Positions 50,045 to 60,245 of a DNA stretch of 64,000 nucleotides are shown piece by piece. The stretch spans positions 35 through 64,034 of the forward strand of contig CAWDLK010000006.1 in the NCBI GenBank assembly GCA_963803165.1, read 5' to 3'. The notes beneath the pieces were generated by a model. It made no database searches and was not told the origin of the DNA. It saw only the letters and a list, made by a program, of their open reading frames with translations. Position 1 is the stretch's first letter; every line of letters begins with the position of its first letter. A program made the position numbers and the translations under genes. The stretch is from an uncultured Chloroflexia bacterium (GTDB lineage Bacteria; Chloroflexota; Dormibacteria; Aeolococcales; Aeolococcaceae).

Positions 50045-51801
50045 GCCTCGGCGCCGGCGGCCGGTGGGGGGCCCTCGTCCTCGGAGGCGGCCGCGGCGGT
50101 CGGACGGCGCGCGCCGAGCTTGGCCAGGTACATCGCCGAGTCGGCGCTGCGCAGGATGTCGTCGGGCTGCTCGTGCCCGCTCGCGCTCAGCGCGGCGCCG
50201 ACCGCCGCGCTGATGGTCACCTGCTCGCCGTCGATCACGTAGGGGGCGGCGAGCCGGCGCGTGATGTCGTCGGCGATCGCCTCCACCGCCCCGGGGGTGC
50301 GGACGTCCTCGAGCAGGACGGCGAACTCGTCGCCGCCGAGCCGCGCGGCGGTGTCGCCTCCCCGCAGACGCTGGCCGATCCTCTCCGCGACCTGCACCAG
50401 CAGCTGGTCGCCGGCCAGGTGGCCGAGGTTGTCGTTGACCTGCTTGAAACCGTCGAGGTCGAGGAAGAGCAGCGCGATCCGGGCGTCGGGGTTTCTCCGA
50501 GCGCGCGCCAGACCCTGGGTCAGCCGATCGAGGAAGAGGCTCCGGTTGGGCAGGCCGGTGAGCGCATCGTGCTGGGCGCCGAAGCGGAGCTTCTCCTCCA
50601 GCTCGCGCTGCGCGGTGACGTCGGTGAGCGAACCCACCAGCCGGGTGGCGGAGCCGTCGGGCGCCGCGCGCACCGCGAGCGCCTGGCAGCGCATCCAGCG
50701 GTAGGTGCCGTCGGCGGCCCGGAGCCGGTGCTCGCACTCCATGACCTCGCGCTTGCCGTCGACGCAATCGCTGATCCCCTGGCGCAGCCGGCCGAGATCC
50801 CCGGGGTGGACCCGGCCGAACCACTCCTCGGGCCCGGTGCCGATCTCCGATCCCCGGTGGCCGATCATCGCCTTCCACCGCTCCGAGTAGTAGACGCTCG
50901 AGGTGCCCAGCTCCCAGTCCCACAGGCCGTCGTTGGCGGCCCGCGCGGCGAGCGCGTAGCGCTCCTCGCTGCGGCGGATCTCCTCCACCAGGTCGCGCTC
51001 CCGCTTGTAGGCGCGGGCCAGGTCCTCGGTCTGGGAGCGGAGCCACTCGGTCATCACCTCGCGCTCGACGGCGACGCTGAGCAGGGCGTTGTTCTCGAAG
51101 TGCAGATCCCGTCCGGTGACGTGAGTGACCTCCACGGGGACCACCATGGCGATGAGCCCGATGTCCATGCCCGTGGTCTTGACGGGGAGGACCACCGCGA
51201 TCTCACCGCCTCCCCACTCGATCTCCTCCAGCAGGGCGCGCGGGGGGAACGCCTCCACGCGGACCTGCGCGGGGACCTGCAGCGGCCGGCCGTCGCGCGT
51301 GTAGGTGCCGGAGATCTGCAGCGGATGCTGGCCCTCCCCCTCGTGCTCCGCCGACCAGAGGCCGAGGCAGGCGGCGCGCGCGGTGGTGTGGGCGACCCAG
51401 CCGAGGGAGCGCGGGTCGCCGGCGCTGCCGCTGAGCAGGGACATGCTGAGCTGGTGCTCGCGACGCATCTGCACGTGGAGGGCGGTGTTGGCCGTCGAGT
51501 CGCGTTGCGCCAGGCAGCGGGACAGCTCGGCGATCAGCTCGGTGATGTCCGACTCGAAGCGCGCCGCGGCGCCGCCGGCGGCCAGCGCCAGCTCCTCGCC
51601 GTAGCGGCGGACGGCCTCGAGCGCGGCCGTGATGGTGGTCCAGCGCGGGCTCACCGAGTAGAGGGCCTGGGCCGCCTCGGCGTGGTCGGCGGGCGCCGGC
51701 TCGGATCCGGCGCGGGCGCGCTCGGCGCACCGAGCGATCAGCTCCACCGCGCGGTCGAGGGCGGCGGCCTCCTCCGCGGGGAGGGGATCGGTGCCTCGCA
51801 C
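50041..51801 (-). CDS. PAS-GGDEF diguanylate cyclase (N-terminal unknown domain); the start is provisional
   Basis: Frame of listed ORF 50041..52890. Sensible sequence begins at about 51850 ([16 protein letters not shown]...). PAS ([17 protein letters not shown]...), GGDEF ([13 protein letters not shown]), the GTG at 51801 is the first start candidate. Confidence 0.65.
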   Translation of the reverse strand: MRGTDPLPAEEAAALDRAVELIARCAERARAGSEPAPADHAEAAQALYSVSPRWTTITAALEAVRRYGEELALAAGGAAARFESDITELIAELSRCLAQRDSTANTALHVQMRREHQLSMSLLSGSAGDPRSLGWVAHTTARAACLGLWSAEHEGEGQHPLQISGTYTRDGRPLQVPAQVRVEAFPPRALLEEIEWGGGEIAVVLPVKTTGMDIGLIAMVVPVEVTHVTGRDLHFENNALLSVAVEREVMTEWLRSQTEDLARAYKRERDLVEEIRRSEERYALAARAANDGLWDWELGTSSVYYSERWKAMIGHRGSEIGTGPEEWFGRVHPGDLGRLRQGISDCVDGKREVMECEHRLRAADGTYRWMRCQALAVRAAPDGSATRLVGSLTDVTAQRELEEKLRFGAQHDALTGLPNRSLFLDRLTQGLARARRNPDARIALLFLDLDGFKQVNDNLGHLAGDQLLVQVAERIGQRLRGGDTAARLGGDEFAVLLEDVRTPGAVEAIADDITRRLAAPYVIDGEQVTISAAVGAALSASGHEQPDDILRSADSAMYLAKLGARRPTAAAASEDEGPPPAAGAEA

Positions 51802-52820
51802 GAGGCGCTCCAGGCTGGAGCGGAGCCGGGCCTCGGGGTCGAGCCGGGGAGGGGGTCCGCCCCGTCGGGGGAGCCGGCCGAGCAGCCGCAGGACTCGCGG
51901 GGGACGAAGGTGGTGGGGACCAGGTGAGGACCGGATGCGACCTCTCCGCCCTCCACCATCTCGATGAGCAGCTCCGCCGCCTTGCGGCCCACGGCCTCGA
52001 AGCTCTGACGGACGCTGGCGAGGGTGGGGCGGACCGACGACGCGGCCTCCACATCGTCGAAGCCCACGATCGCCTGGTCGCGGGGCAGGTGCAGGCCGGC
52101 CTCGGTGAGCGCCCTCATGAGCCCCATCGCGTTGTAGTCGGTCGCCGCCACCGTGGCCGTGGAGGGCATCCCGGCGGCGAGCATCGCCCTGCCCGCCGCC
52201 GCTCCGGTGCCCTCGAGGTTGTCGGCGGTCTCGAAGAGGAGGCTCTCGTCGGGGGTGATCCCGTGCGCCACGAGCCCCTCCCGATAGGTCTCGTAGCGCT
52301 CCCGGATGTCGGCCTGGAAGAGGCTGCCCACGAAGGCGATGCGCCGATGGCCGTGGTCGACGAGATGGGCCACCGCCTGGAGGACCCCGGTCCGGTTGTC
52401 CGCGCGCACCGTCGGGCAGGGGAACCCCTCGACCTCGGGGCTGAGCAGGACGATCGGCTTGCCGGTCTCGCGCAGCCCCTCGAGGTAGGCGCGATCGACC
52501 GCGTTCACGACCACCACGAAGCCGGCCACCCGCTCCCAGGCCGCCCGCAGCGCGTACCGGGGCACCTGGGCGGAGATGCCACCCTGGCCCAGGTCGAGGG
52601 TCTGCAGCGCGACCAGCCGCCCGCCGGCGGCGCCCACCGCCTCGGCGACCCCGGAGAGCACGGTGCTCATGTAGCTCCCGGCGATCAGCGGCGAGAGCAC
52701 CCCGATCCTGAGCCGCTCGTCGCGCCGCTCCGCCACCGGCCTCTCCTCGCACGCCGCGCGGCCGCGCCGCACCGGTGACGGTGCGGCGAGCGGGGGCGCA
52801 GCCCGGGGCGATTCTGGCAC
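51738..52820 (-). CDS. LacI-type periplasmic-binding-protein-like ligand-binding domain protein without an HTH
   Basis: ...RLRIGVLSPLIAGSYMSTVLSGV..., FVGSLFQADIRERYETYREGL and IVGFDDVEAASSV are the hallmarks of a LacI/PurR sugar-binding fold. It is in a different frame from the downstream PAS-GGDEF ORF, which it overlaps. Confidence 0.5.
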   Translation of the reverse strand: MPESPRAAPPLAAPSPVRRGRAACEERPVAERRDERLRIGVLSPLIAGSYMSTVLSGVAEAVGAAGGRLVALQTLDLGQGGISAQVPRYALRAAWERVAGFVVVVNAVDRAYLEGLRETGKPIVLLSPEVEGFPCPTVRADNRTGVLQAVAHLVDHGHRRIAFVGSLFQADIRERYETYREGLVAHGITPDESLLFETADNLEGTGAAAGRAMLAAGMPSTATVAATDYNAMGLMRALTEAGLHLPRDQAIVGFDDVEAASSVRPTLASVRQSFEAVGRKAAELLIEMVEGGEVASGPHLVPTTFVPRESCGCSAGSPDGADPLPGSTPRPGSAPAWSASCEAPIPSPRRRPPPSTARWS

Positions 52821-52988
52821 CGGGCCGGAGCCGGCTCCGCCGTGGCAGGGGGGTTGTCATCGACTCTCCACAGGCGCGCGCGCTCCCCACCGAACGGTGG
52901 CCTCCGGTTCGGAGGGGCCGCCGTCCTCCGGGCGCGCGGGACCGGTGGCACCGGTGAGGGTGCGGTGGCGCCCGAGTAGGATCGCCCC

Positions 52989-54164
52989 ATGGTCGAAGCG
53001 GTCATCGTCGCCGCCGCCCGCACCCCCTTCGGTCGATTGGGGGGAGCCCTCAGCGAGATCTCCGCGGTGGACCTCGGCGCCGCCGTCATCCGCGAGGTGC
53101 TGGGGCGTGCCCGGGTGCGGGGCGAGGAGGTCGACCAGCTCATCATGGGGACGGTCATCGCCGCCGGCCAGGGGCAGGTCCCCTCCCGGCAGGCGGGGCT
53201 CCGCGCCGGGCTCCCTCCCCAGGTGCCGTCCTTCACCGTCAACAAGGTGTGTGCCTCCTCCCTCAAGGCGGTCAACCTCGCTGCCCTGCTGATCCGGAGC
53301 GGCGAGGCCGAGGTGGTCGTGGCCGGGGGGATGGAGTCGATGTCGCGCTCCCCCTACCTGCTCGAGGACCAGCGGTTCGGGAGCCGGATCGGGGACCGGC
53401 TGGCGGTCGACGCCATGCTTCGCGACGGGCTCGTCTGCCCGATCGACGGGGTCCACATGGGGGTGCACGGGGACCAGGTGGCGGCCGAGCTGGGCGTGGG
53501 CCGGGAGGAGCAGGAGGCCTGGGCGCTCCGCTCCCAGCGGCTCTACGCGGAGGCGCTCGCCGCGGGCAGGTTCGCCCGGGAGATCGTCGCCGTGTCCGGG
53601 CCCCGGGGCGAGGTGGTCGCCGACGAGCAGCCCCGGCCGGAGACGAGCGCCGCGGCTCTGGCCGGGCTCCGCCCCGCCTTCGGCGAGGACGGCACCATCA
53701 CCGCCGGCACCGCCCCCGGGGTCAACGACGGGGCCGCGGCGCTCCTCATGATGTCCGCGGATCGGGCTCGGAGGGCGGGCCTCGACCCCCTGGGGTGGTG
53801 GGTCAGCGCCGCCAACTCGGCCGCCGAGCACCCGTACCTCGCCTCCGTGCCGGCGCTCGCCGTCCAGCGGGCCCTGGGCCGGACCCGCGGCGAGGTCGGC
53901 GTGGACCGTCTCGAGGTGGTGGAGATCAACGAGGCCTTCGCCGCCGTCGCCGTCACCGCCACCCGGATGCTGGAGGTCGACCCCGAGCGGGTCAACGTCA
54001 ACGGAGGGGCGATCGCGGTCGGTCACCCCATCGGCGCCAGCGGGGCGCGGATCCTGATGACCCTCCTCTACGAGCTCAACCGGCGCGGAGGCGGCTACGG
54101 CGCCGCCGGGATCTGCAGTGGCATGGCCCAGGGAGAGGCGACGGTGGTGCGGGCCGGGGGGTGA
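52989..54164 (+). CDS. acetyl-CoA C-acetyltransferase (thiolase II)
   Basis: Active-site Cys in VNKVCASSLKAV, His in NGGAIAVGHPIGASG, C-terminal Cys GICSGMAQG. TAGGAT box 6 nt upstream of the ATG. Confidence 0.9.
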   Translation: MVEAVIVAAARTPFGRLGGALSEISAVDLGAAVIREVLGRARVRGEEVDQLIMGTVIAAGQGQVPSRQAGLRAGLPPQVPSFTVNKVCASSLKAVNLAALLIRSGEAEVVVAGGMESMSRSPYLLEDQRFGSRIGDRLAVDAMLRDGLVCPIDGVHMGVHGDQVAAELGVGREEQEAWALRSQRLYAEALAAGRFAREIVAVSGPRGEVVADEQPRPETSAAALAGLRPAFGEDGTITAGTAPGVNDGAAALLMMSADRARRAGLDPLGWWVSAANSAAEHPYLASVPALAVQRALGRTRGEVGVDRLEVVEINEAFAAVAVTATRMLEVDPERVNVNGGAIAVGHPIGASGARILMTLLYELNRRGGGYGAAGICSGMAQGEATVVRAGG

Positions 54165-54272
54165 TCCGCCCCTCCCGGCCGGCCGTCAGGGTTGGCCGAG
54201 GCTCGCTCGCGGCCTGACGTGCCTCGCTCGGATCGCGGTCCCGGCCCGCCCGGGTCGCACCATAGTCCGGTC

Positions 54273-55460
54273 ATGGACCTGCGGCTGAGCGAGGAGCAGC
54301 GGGCGATACGCGATGCGGTCCGGGCTCTCGCGCGTTCACGGATCGCCCCCCGGGCGGGCGAGGTGGACGAGACGGCCGCCTTCCCCTGGGATTACGTCGA
54401 TCTCCTCCGAGCCCACGACATCTACGCGCTCGCCGTCTCCCAAGGGGACGGCGGGCTGGGCGGTGGCGCCCTCACCCTGGCCCTCGCCGTCGAGGAGCTC
54501 GCCCGGGTGGACGCCACCGCGGCCCTCCTGCTCGCGGTGCAGGCGCTCGGTGCCACCCCGATCACCCTCGCCGGCACCGAGGCGCAGCGACGCCGCCTCC
54601 TCCCCGACCTCTCCAGCGGGGCCAGGCTGGCCGCCTACGCGCTCACCGAGCCGGGGGCGGGCAGCGACCCCGCGGGGATGGAGACGAGGGCGGTCCGGCG
54701 GGGCGACGCCTACCTCCTCACCGGGTCCAAGACGTTCATCAGCAACGGTGCGGTGGCCGACACCGTCGTGGTCTTCGCCAAGACCGACCCGGCGGCGGGG
54801 GGTCGGGGGGTGTCCGCCTTCGTCGTCGAGGACGCGCACCATGCGGCCGGGTACCAGGCGACGAGCATTCACGGCAAGCTGGGGATCAGGGGGAGCGACA
54901 CCGCCGAGCTGCGTCTCGACGAGGTGGCGGTGCCGGAGGCCAACCGGCTCGGCGCCGAGGGCGAGGGCCTGCGGATCGCCTTCTCGGTGCTGGATCACTC
55001 CCGCCCCGCCATCGCCGCCCAGGCGGTGGGCATCGCCCAGGGAGCGCTCGACCACGCGCTCGGCTACGCACGCGAGCGACGCCAGTTCGGCAGGGCCATC
55101 GCCGACTTCCAGGCGATCCAATTCATGCTCGCCGACATGGAGGCTCAGATCCAGGCCGCCCGGGCGATCACCTACCAGGTGGCGCAGATGCTCGACGATG
55201 GCAGCGCGGGGGTCACCGAGATGGCGGCGATCGCCAAGCTGATCGCCAGCGACACCGCGATGCGGGTCACCACCGACGCCGTCCAGGTGCTCGGCGGCTA
55301 CGGGTACGTGCACGACCATCCCGTCGAGCGGATGATGCGCGACGCCAAGATCACCCAGATCTACGAGGGCACCAACCAGATCCAGCGTCTGGTGATCGCC
55401 CGGCACCTCCTGGGCGGGTCCCGGGGACGCCGGAGCGACGCCGGGGACGGCCCGGGCTGA
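54273..55460 (+). CDS. acyl-CoA dehydrogenase
   Basis: MDLRLSEEQRAIRDAV..., YALTEPGAGSD, and catalytic Glu near QIYEGTNQIQRLVIAR. Confidence 0.9.
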   Translation: MDLRLSEEQRAIRDAVRALARSRIAPRAGEVDETAAFPWDYVDLLRAHDIYALAVSQGDGGLGGGALTLALAVEELARVDATAALLLAVQALGATPITLAGTEAQRRRLLPDLSSGARLAAYALTEPGAGSDPAGMETRAVRRGDAYLLTGSKTFISNGAVADTVVVFAKTDPAAGGRGVSAFVVEDAHHAAGYQATSIHGKLGIRGSDTAELRLDEVAVPEANRLGAEGEGLRIAFSVLDHSRPAIAAQAVGIAQGALDHALGYARERRQFGRAIADFQAIQFMLADMEAQIQAARAITYQVAQMLDDGSAGVTEMAAIAKLIASDTAMRVTTDAVQVLGGYGYVHDHPVERMMRDAKITQIYEGTNQIQRLVIARHLLGGSRGRRSDAGDGPG

Positions 55461-55636
55461 GCCGCCGGCCCCGCCACCGCATCGCCCCCCGCTCGGCGCG
55501 CGCCTGGTCTACCCTTGGAGCCCTGCGCAGCATTCCCGTTCCCGCCCACGTATCAGCAGAGGGAATCATCGCCGGCCGCCGTTGGGGCCGACCGGCTGCG
55601 CCCCCGCATCGTCAGCCCTGACTGCATCACTTCGAG

Positions 55637-57073
55637 ATGGCATCGAGAACGCGCCGCCGGCGCTCGCGCTACCGCATCCGCCCCGGGTGGATGACCACCC
55701 CGCTCATCGTCGCGGTGGCGGCCGTGGCCGTGCTCACGCTCGGGGGGGTGTTCGCGTATCGAACCCTCGACGGTCTGGCCCACGTCTTCCACACCAACGT
55801 CCCCTCGGTGATCGGCAGTCTGATCAAGGGCAAGGGCGGGTCGAGCATCGAGACCAACCAGATCGCCAACTTCAAGCGCATCAACATCGCGCTGTACGGC
55901 TATGGCGGCCCCGGCCACGACGGTGAGTACCTCACCGACTCGATCATGATCGTCTCCATCCAGCCGTACCAGACCGGGCCGCCCCAGATCGCCGAGATCT
56001 CCATCCCGCGCGACTGGTACGTGCCGATCTACGACCCGGCCGGCCGGAGGGTCGACGAGGGGCGGGTCAACCAGGCCTACGAGGACGGCATCCTCTTCGG
56101 TGAGGGGGGCCTCCCCGCCGGGAAGGCCGACTCCGGGGGCACCATGGCCGACGCCGCCCTCACCCACCTGCTGGGGATCCCGATCGACTACTTCGTCGGC
56201 CTCGACTTCACCGCCTTCCAGCAGGCGGTCAACGCCGTCGGCGGCGTCGACATCGACGTCCCGGTCGGCTTCACCGACTATCAGTACCCGGCCTGCGCCG
56301 CCGACACCTGCCCCTACGAGACCATCAGCTTCCGGGCCGGCGAGCAGCACATGAACGGCGCCACCGCGCTCATCTACGCGCGCTCCCGGCACGGCAACAA
56401 CGGCCAGGGCAGCGACTTCGCGCGCAGCCAGAGGCAGCAGCAGATCATCGACGCGCTCAAGCAGAAGGTGCTCTCCATCGGCGGCATCGGCAGCCTGCCC
56501 AGCCTGCTCGACGCCCTGGGCGGCAACGTCGACACCAACATGACCGTCGACGACGCCGAGGCGATCTACAGCCTGGTCCAGGGAGTCAACCCGGCGGGGA
56601 TCCTGCACGTCAGCCTGGACGACACCAACTTCCTCTACGACTGCGGTTATCCGACCGACTGTGGCGCCGATTACCTCTTTGCCCACGACAGCAGTTACGC
56701 GACCGTCGCCCATTACATCCAGAACGTCTTCGTCAGCCCGGCGTCGTTCGCCGGGGACCCGGCGGTGGGTATCGAGGATGGCAGCGGCACGGGCGACGGC
56801 GCCTCCGCTCGGTGGTCCGCCCTGTTCGGGAAGCTGGGCTGGACGGCCCAGGACCTGGGCCGGGTCCCGACCTCGGCCGGGACCGAGGTCATCAACGCTG
56901 GGGGCGCCAAGGACGCAGCGGCTGCCTCGTGGTTCGCGGCATACTTTGGTGTCCCCGTCACCACGGCGCCCCCGCCCAGCCCGGGAGCGAGCGGCTCCAG
57001 CGACGGGGTGCTCGTCGTGCTCGGCCAGGGCGAGGAGAGCGCCTTCAACCACGACCCGGGGTATGGGAGCTGA
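55637..57073 (+). CDS. LytR-CpsA-Psr (LCP) family cell-wall polymer transferase with a LytR_C-like C-terminal domain
   Basis: N-terminal TM. LCP core (NIALYGYGG...DSIMIVSI...IPRDWYVPI...YFVGLDFTAFQQAVNAVGGVDIDVP...SRH). A C-terminal domain is followed by a Pro-rich tail. Confidence 0.85.
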   Translation: MASRTRRRRSRYRIRPGWMTTPLIVAVAAVAVLTLGGVFAYRTLDGLAHVFHTNVPSVIGSLIKGKGGSSIETNQIANFKRINIALYGYGGPGHDGEYLTDSIMIVSIQPYQTGPPQIAEISIPRDWYVPIYDPAGRRVDEGRVNQAYEDGILFGEGGLPAGKADSGGTMADAALTHLLGIPIDYFVGLDFTAFQQAVNAVGGVDIDVPVGFTDYQYPACAADTCPYETISFRAGEQHMNGATALIYARSRHGNNGQGSDFARSQRQQQIIDALKQKVLSIGGIGSLPSLLDALGGNVDTNMTVDDAEAIYSLVQGVNPAGILHVSLDDTNFLYDCGYPTDCGADYLFAHDSSYATVAHYIQNVFVSPASFAGDPAVGIEDGSGTGDGASARWSALFGKLGWTAQDLGRVPTSAGTEVINAGGAKDAAAASWFAAYFGVPVTTAPPPSPGASGSSDGVLVVLGQGEESAFNHDPGYGS

Positions 57074-57075
57074 CC

Positions 57076-58110
57076 TTGCGCATCGGCATCCTCACCGGGG
57101 GCGGTGACGCTCCCGGGCTCAACGCCGCGATCCGCGGGGTGGGCCGGCGTGCCCTCGCCCACGGTGATACTGTCATCGGTGTCAAGAACGGGTGGGCCGG
57201 CCTGATCGGCGACGGCGACATCATGGAGCTGGACCGGCGCCTGTTCTCGGGGATCCTCCAGCTCGGTGGCACCGTGCTGGGCAGCTCCCGGACCAACCCG
57301 ATGAAGCGTGAGGGCGGCCGCGAGGAGGTCCTCCGCAACCTGGGGCGAGCCGAGCTGGACGCGCTGGTCGCGATCGGCGGCGATGACACCCTCTCGGTGG
57401 CGGCCTGGCTGGCGGAGCACGGCGGTCCGGTGGTCGGCGTCCCCAAGACCATGGACAACGACCTCTCGGTGACCGACTACTGCATCGGCTTCGACACCGC
57501 GGTGGGCCGGGTCGCCGAGGCCCTCGATCGCCTCCACACCACCGCGGCATCCCACCACCGGGTGATGGTCGTCGAGGTGATGGGCCGGGACACCGGCTGG
57601 GTGGCCCTGATGGGCGGCCTCGCCGGGGGCGCCGACCTGATCCTGATCCCCGAGATCAAGATGACCCTCGACGACGTGATCGAGCGGCTTCAGAAGCGCC
57701 TCAAGAGCGGCAGCGACTTCAGCATCGTGGTGGTCTCCGAGGGCGTGGAGATGGAGGGGGTCACCGGCACGGACGCCGCGGGAGGCAAGGTCGACGCCTT
57801 TGGCCACGCCCAGCTCAGCAAGCGCGGGATCGGCGAGACCCTGGCCGAGAGGATCGAGGAGCGGCTCGGCCACGAGACCCGGACCACCGTGCTCGGCCAC
57901 ACCCAGCGGGGCGGCACCCCCTCGGCCTACGACCGGATCTGGGCCACCCGGGTGGGCGTCGTCGCCTACGACCTGGTGCTGGCCAAGCGCTGGGGGATGA
58001 TGCCCGTGGTGCGCAACGGGACCGTCGAGACGGCCCCGATCGCGGATGTCGTGCGCGAGCAGCGCCGGGTGCCGGCTGAGCTGTACCACCTCGCCGAGGT
58101 CTTCTACTGA
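57076..58110 (+). CDS. pfk: 6-phosphofructokinase
   Basis: TTG start 6 nt after GGGAG. RIGILTGGGDAPGLNAAIRG, GGDDTL, MGRDTGWVAL. Confidence 0.85.
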   Translation: MRIGILTGGGDAPGLNAAIRGVGRRALAHGDTVIGVKNGWAGLIGDGDIMELDRRLFSGILQLGGTVLGSSRTNPMKREGGREEVLRNLGRAELDALVAIGGDDTLSVAAWLAEHGGPVVGVPKTMDNDLSVTDYCIGFDTAVGRVAEALDRLHTTAASHHRVMVVEVMGRDTGWVALMGGLAGGADLILIPEIKMTLDDVIERLQKRLKSGSDFSIVVVSEGVEMEGVTGTDAAGGKVDAFGHAQLSKRGIGETLAERIEERLGHETRTTVLGHTQRGGTPSAYDRIWATRVGVVAYDLVLAKRWGMMPVVRNGTVETAPIADVVREQRRVPAELYHLAEVFY

Positions 58111-58239
58111 GGCAGGACGCCTCAGCACCGTCGAGTAGTCGTGACCGGGTGACGGGCGGGAGCCGCGGGGCTCCCCTCCCCACCGCCCTGTCCGAAATCC
58201 GCGAGCGGCCGTCGGGGAGCACCCGCCACCATGTGAGGG

Positions 58240-59698
58240 GTGGAGGACTTCGACAGCGGCTACCGGGCGGTGGCGAGCCGGGATCGCCGGTTCGAGGGGA
58301 GATTTCTGGTCGCGGTCACGACCACCGGCGTGTACTGCCGGGTGGGGTGCCCGTCTCGGACCCCGAGCCCCGACCACGTCCGCCTCTTCCCCTCGCCGGC
58401 CGCCGCCGAGGCCGCCGGGTTCCGTGCCTGCAGGCGCTGCCGTCCCGACCGCGCCGATGCGCCCGAGGCGGCGCTGGTGGCGCGGGCTCTGCGCCTCATC
58501 GCCGACGGGGTCGGCGACGAGGCGGGGGTCGGCGACCTGGCGCGGCGCCTGGGTGTGAGCCCCCGGACCCTCGACCGCCGCTTCACCGCCGCGGTCGGGG
58601 CCACGCCGCTCCAGCTGGTCAGGAGCCGGCGGGTGCAGACGGCTCGGACCCTCATCGCCCGCAGCTCGATGCCGATCGTCGACGTCGCCTTCGCGGCCGG
58701 CTTCGGCTCGCTCCGGCAGTTCAACGAGACCATGCGCGAGGAGCTGGGCGTCCCTCCCGGCGCGCTGCGCCGCGCGTCCGCCCCCGCCGCCGACGGCCGC
58801 GACGGGCCGGACGGCTGGCTCACGCTCCGGCTTCCGCGCCGGGACCCCTTCGCGTGCGGGCCCCTCCTCGCCTTCCTGGCGGCGCGGGCCATCCCCGGTG
58901 TCGAGTCCGGGAGCGCCGCCGAGTACTCCCGCTCGCTGCGCACCCGCGGCGGCACCGCCGTGGTGCGCCTCAGCCCCGGCGCGGGTCACGTGCTGCTCCG
59001 CGTCCGGCTCGACGACCTCGCCGATCTCGAGGACGTGGTGCTGCGCTGCCGCCGCCTCCTCGACCTCGACTCGGACCCCGGGGCGGTGGCGGCCGACCTC
59101 GGCCGGGATGCGCTGCTCGCCCCGCTGGTCGCCGCCCGGCCCGGCCTGCGCGTGCCGGGCAGCGCGGAGCCGTTCGAGACCGCGGTCCGCGCCGTGCTCG
59201 GGCAGCAGGTCTCGGTTCCCGCCGCCCGCACCCTGGCCGGTCGTCTGGTGGCGCGCCACGGCGATCCCCTGGTCTCGTCCGTCGGGGAGCTGACGCACCT
59301 CTTCCCGGCGCCCGAACGCCTCGCCGGCGCCGACCTCGACGGCCTGGGCATCACCGGTCGCCGCATCGAGTTCGATCCGGGCACTGAGCCGCGCCGTGGC
59401 CGCCGGCGCCGTCGACCTCACCGGCGGCGCCGCGGCGGCCTTCGAAGCGACCCTGGGAGAGCTGACCGGCTTCGGCCCCTGGACCCGCGCCTACGTCGCC
59501 ATGCGGGCCCGCGGCGACCCCGACGCGATCCCGCTCTCCGACCTCGGGCTGCGGCGGGCCATGGAGCGGCTCGGCGAGCCCGGCGACCCGCCCAGCATCG
59601 CCCGGCGCGCCGAGGGGTGGCGGCCCTGGCGCGCCTACGCCGCGCTCCACCTCTGGGAGAGCCTCTCCAGCCCGGCCGCCGCCGCCGTCGCGACCTGA
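58240..59698 (+). CDS. alkA: Ada-like regulatory protein fused to DNA-3-methyladenine glycosylase II (Ada Zn-finger + AraC HTH + AlkA HhH-GPD), with an apparent +1 frame break near 59374
   Basis: Zn-Cys4 CRVGCPSRTP...CRRCRPD, AraC HTH LARRLGVSPRTLDRRF, HhH AVLGQQVSVPAARTLAGRLV. The conserved C-terminus ...LLALPGIGPWTRAYVAMRARGDPDAIPLSDLGLRRAM...WRPWRAYAALHLW is in the next frame (listed ORF 59396..59698). Confidence 0.7.
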
Positions 59699-59720
59699 CC
59701 AGCCATCGAGGGAGACGCCC

Positions 59721-60239
59721 ATGCGATACGACGCCGTGACCCTGCCGACCCCGTTCGGAGCCTTCACCGCCATCGCCGACCAGGGGGTCGTGGTGAAGAG
59801 CGGCTTCACCGCCGCCGTCGATAGGCTGCGCGAGGGCCTGCCCGAGCCGGCGGCGGAGATCCGTCCGCGCGCCGATCTCGGCGACATCTCCCGGGCGCTG
59901 GAGGCCTACTTCTCCGGCGCCGACGTCACCGCCCTCGACCGCCTGCCGGTCCGGACCGGGGGAAGCCCGGCCATGGAGCGGCTCTGGGTCGAGCTGCGCC
60001 GGATCCCCGCCGGGGAGGTGTGGAGCTACGCCGAGCTGGGGGGAGACCGGCGCCACGCGCGGGCGGCCGGCACGGCCTGCGCTCGCAACCCCGTCCCGCT
60101 GATCGTGCCCTGCCACCGGGTGGTGTGCTCCGACGGCTCGCTGGGCGGGTTCGGCTGGGGGGTCGACCTCAAGCGCTGGCTCCTCGATCACGAGACCGCC
60201 GCGATGGCGCGGCGGCCGGCGCTCAGCGCGGCCGGCTGA
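59721..60239 (+). CDS. ogt: methylated-DNA--protein-cysteine methyltransferase
   Basis: Active site PCHRVV, HTH-like SYAELG. GAGGGAG RBS. Confidence 0.85.
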   Translation: MRYDAVTLPTPFGAFTAIADQGVVVKSGFTAAVDRLREGLPEPAAEIRPRADLGDISRALEAYFSGADVTALDRLPVRTGGSPAMERLWVELRRIPAGEVWSYAELGGDRRHARAAGTACARNPVPLIVPCHRVVCSDGSLGGFGWGVDLKRWLLDHETAAMARRPALSAAG

Positions 60240-60245
60240 CCCGGC

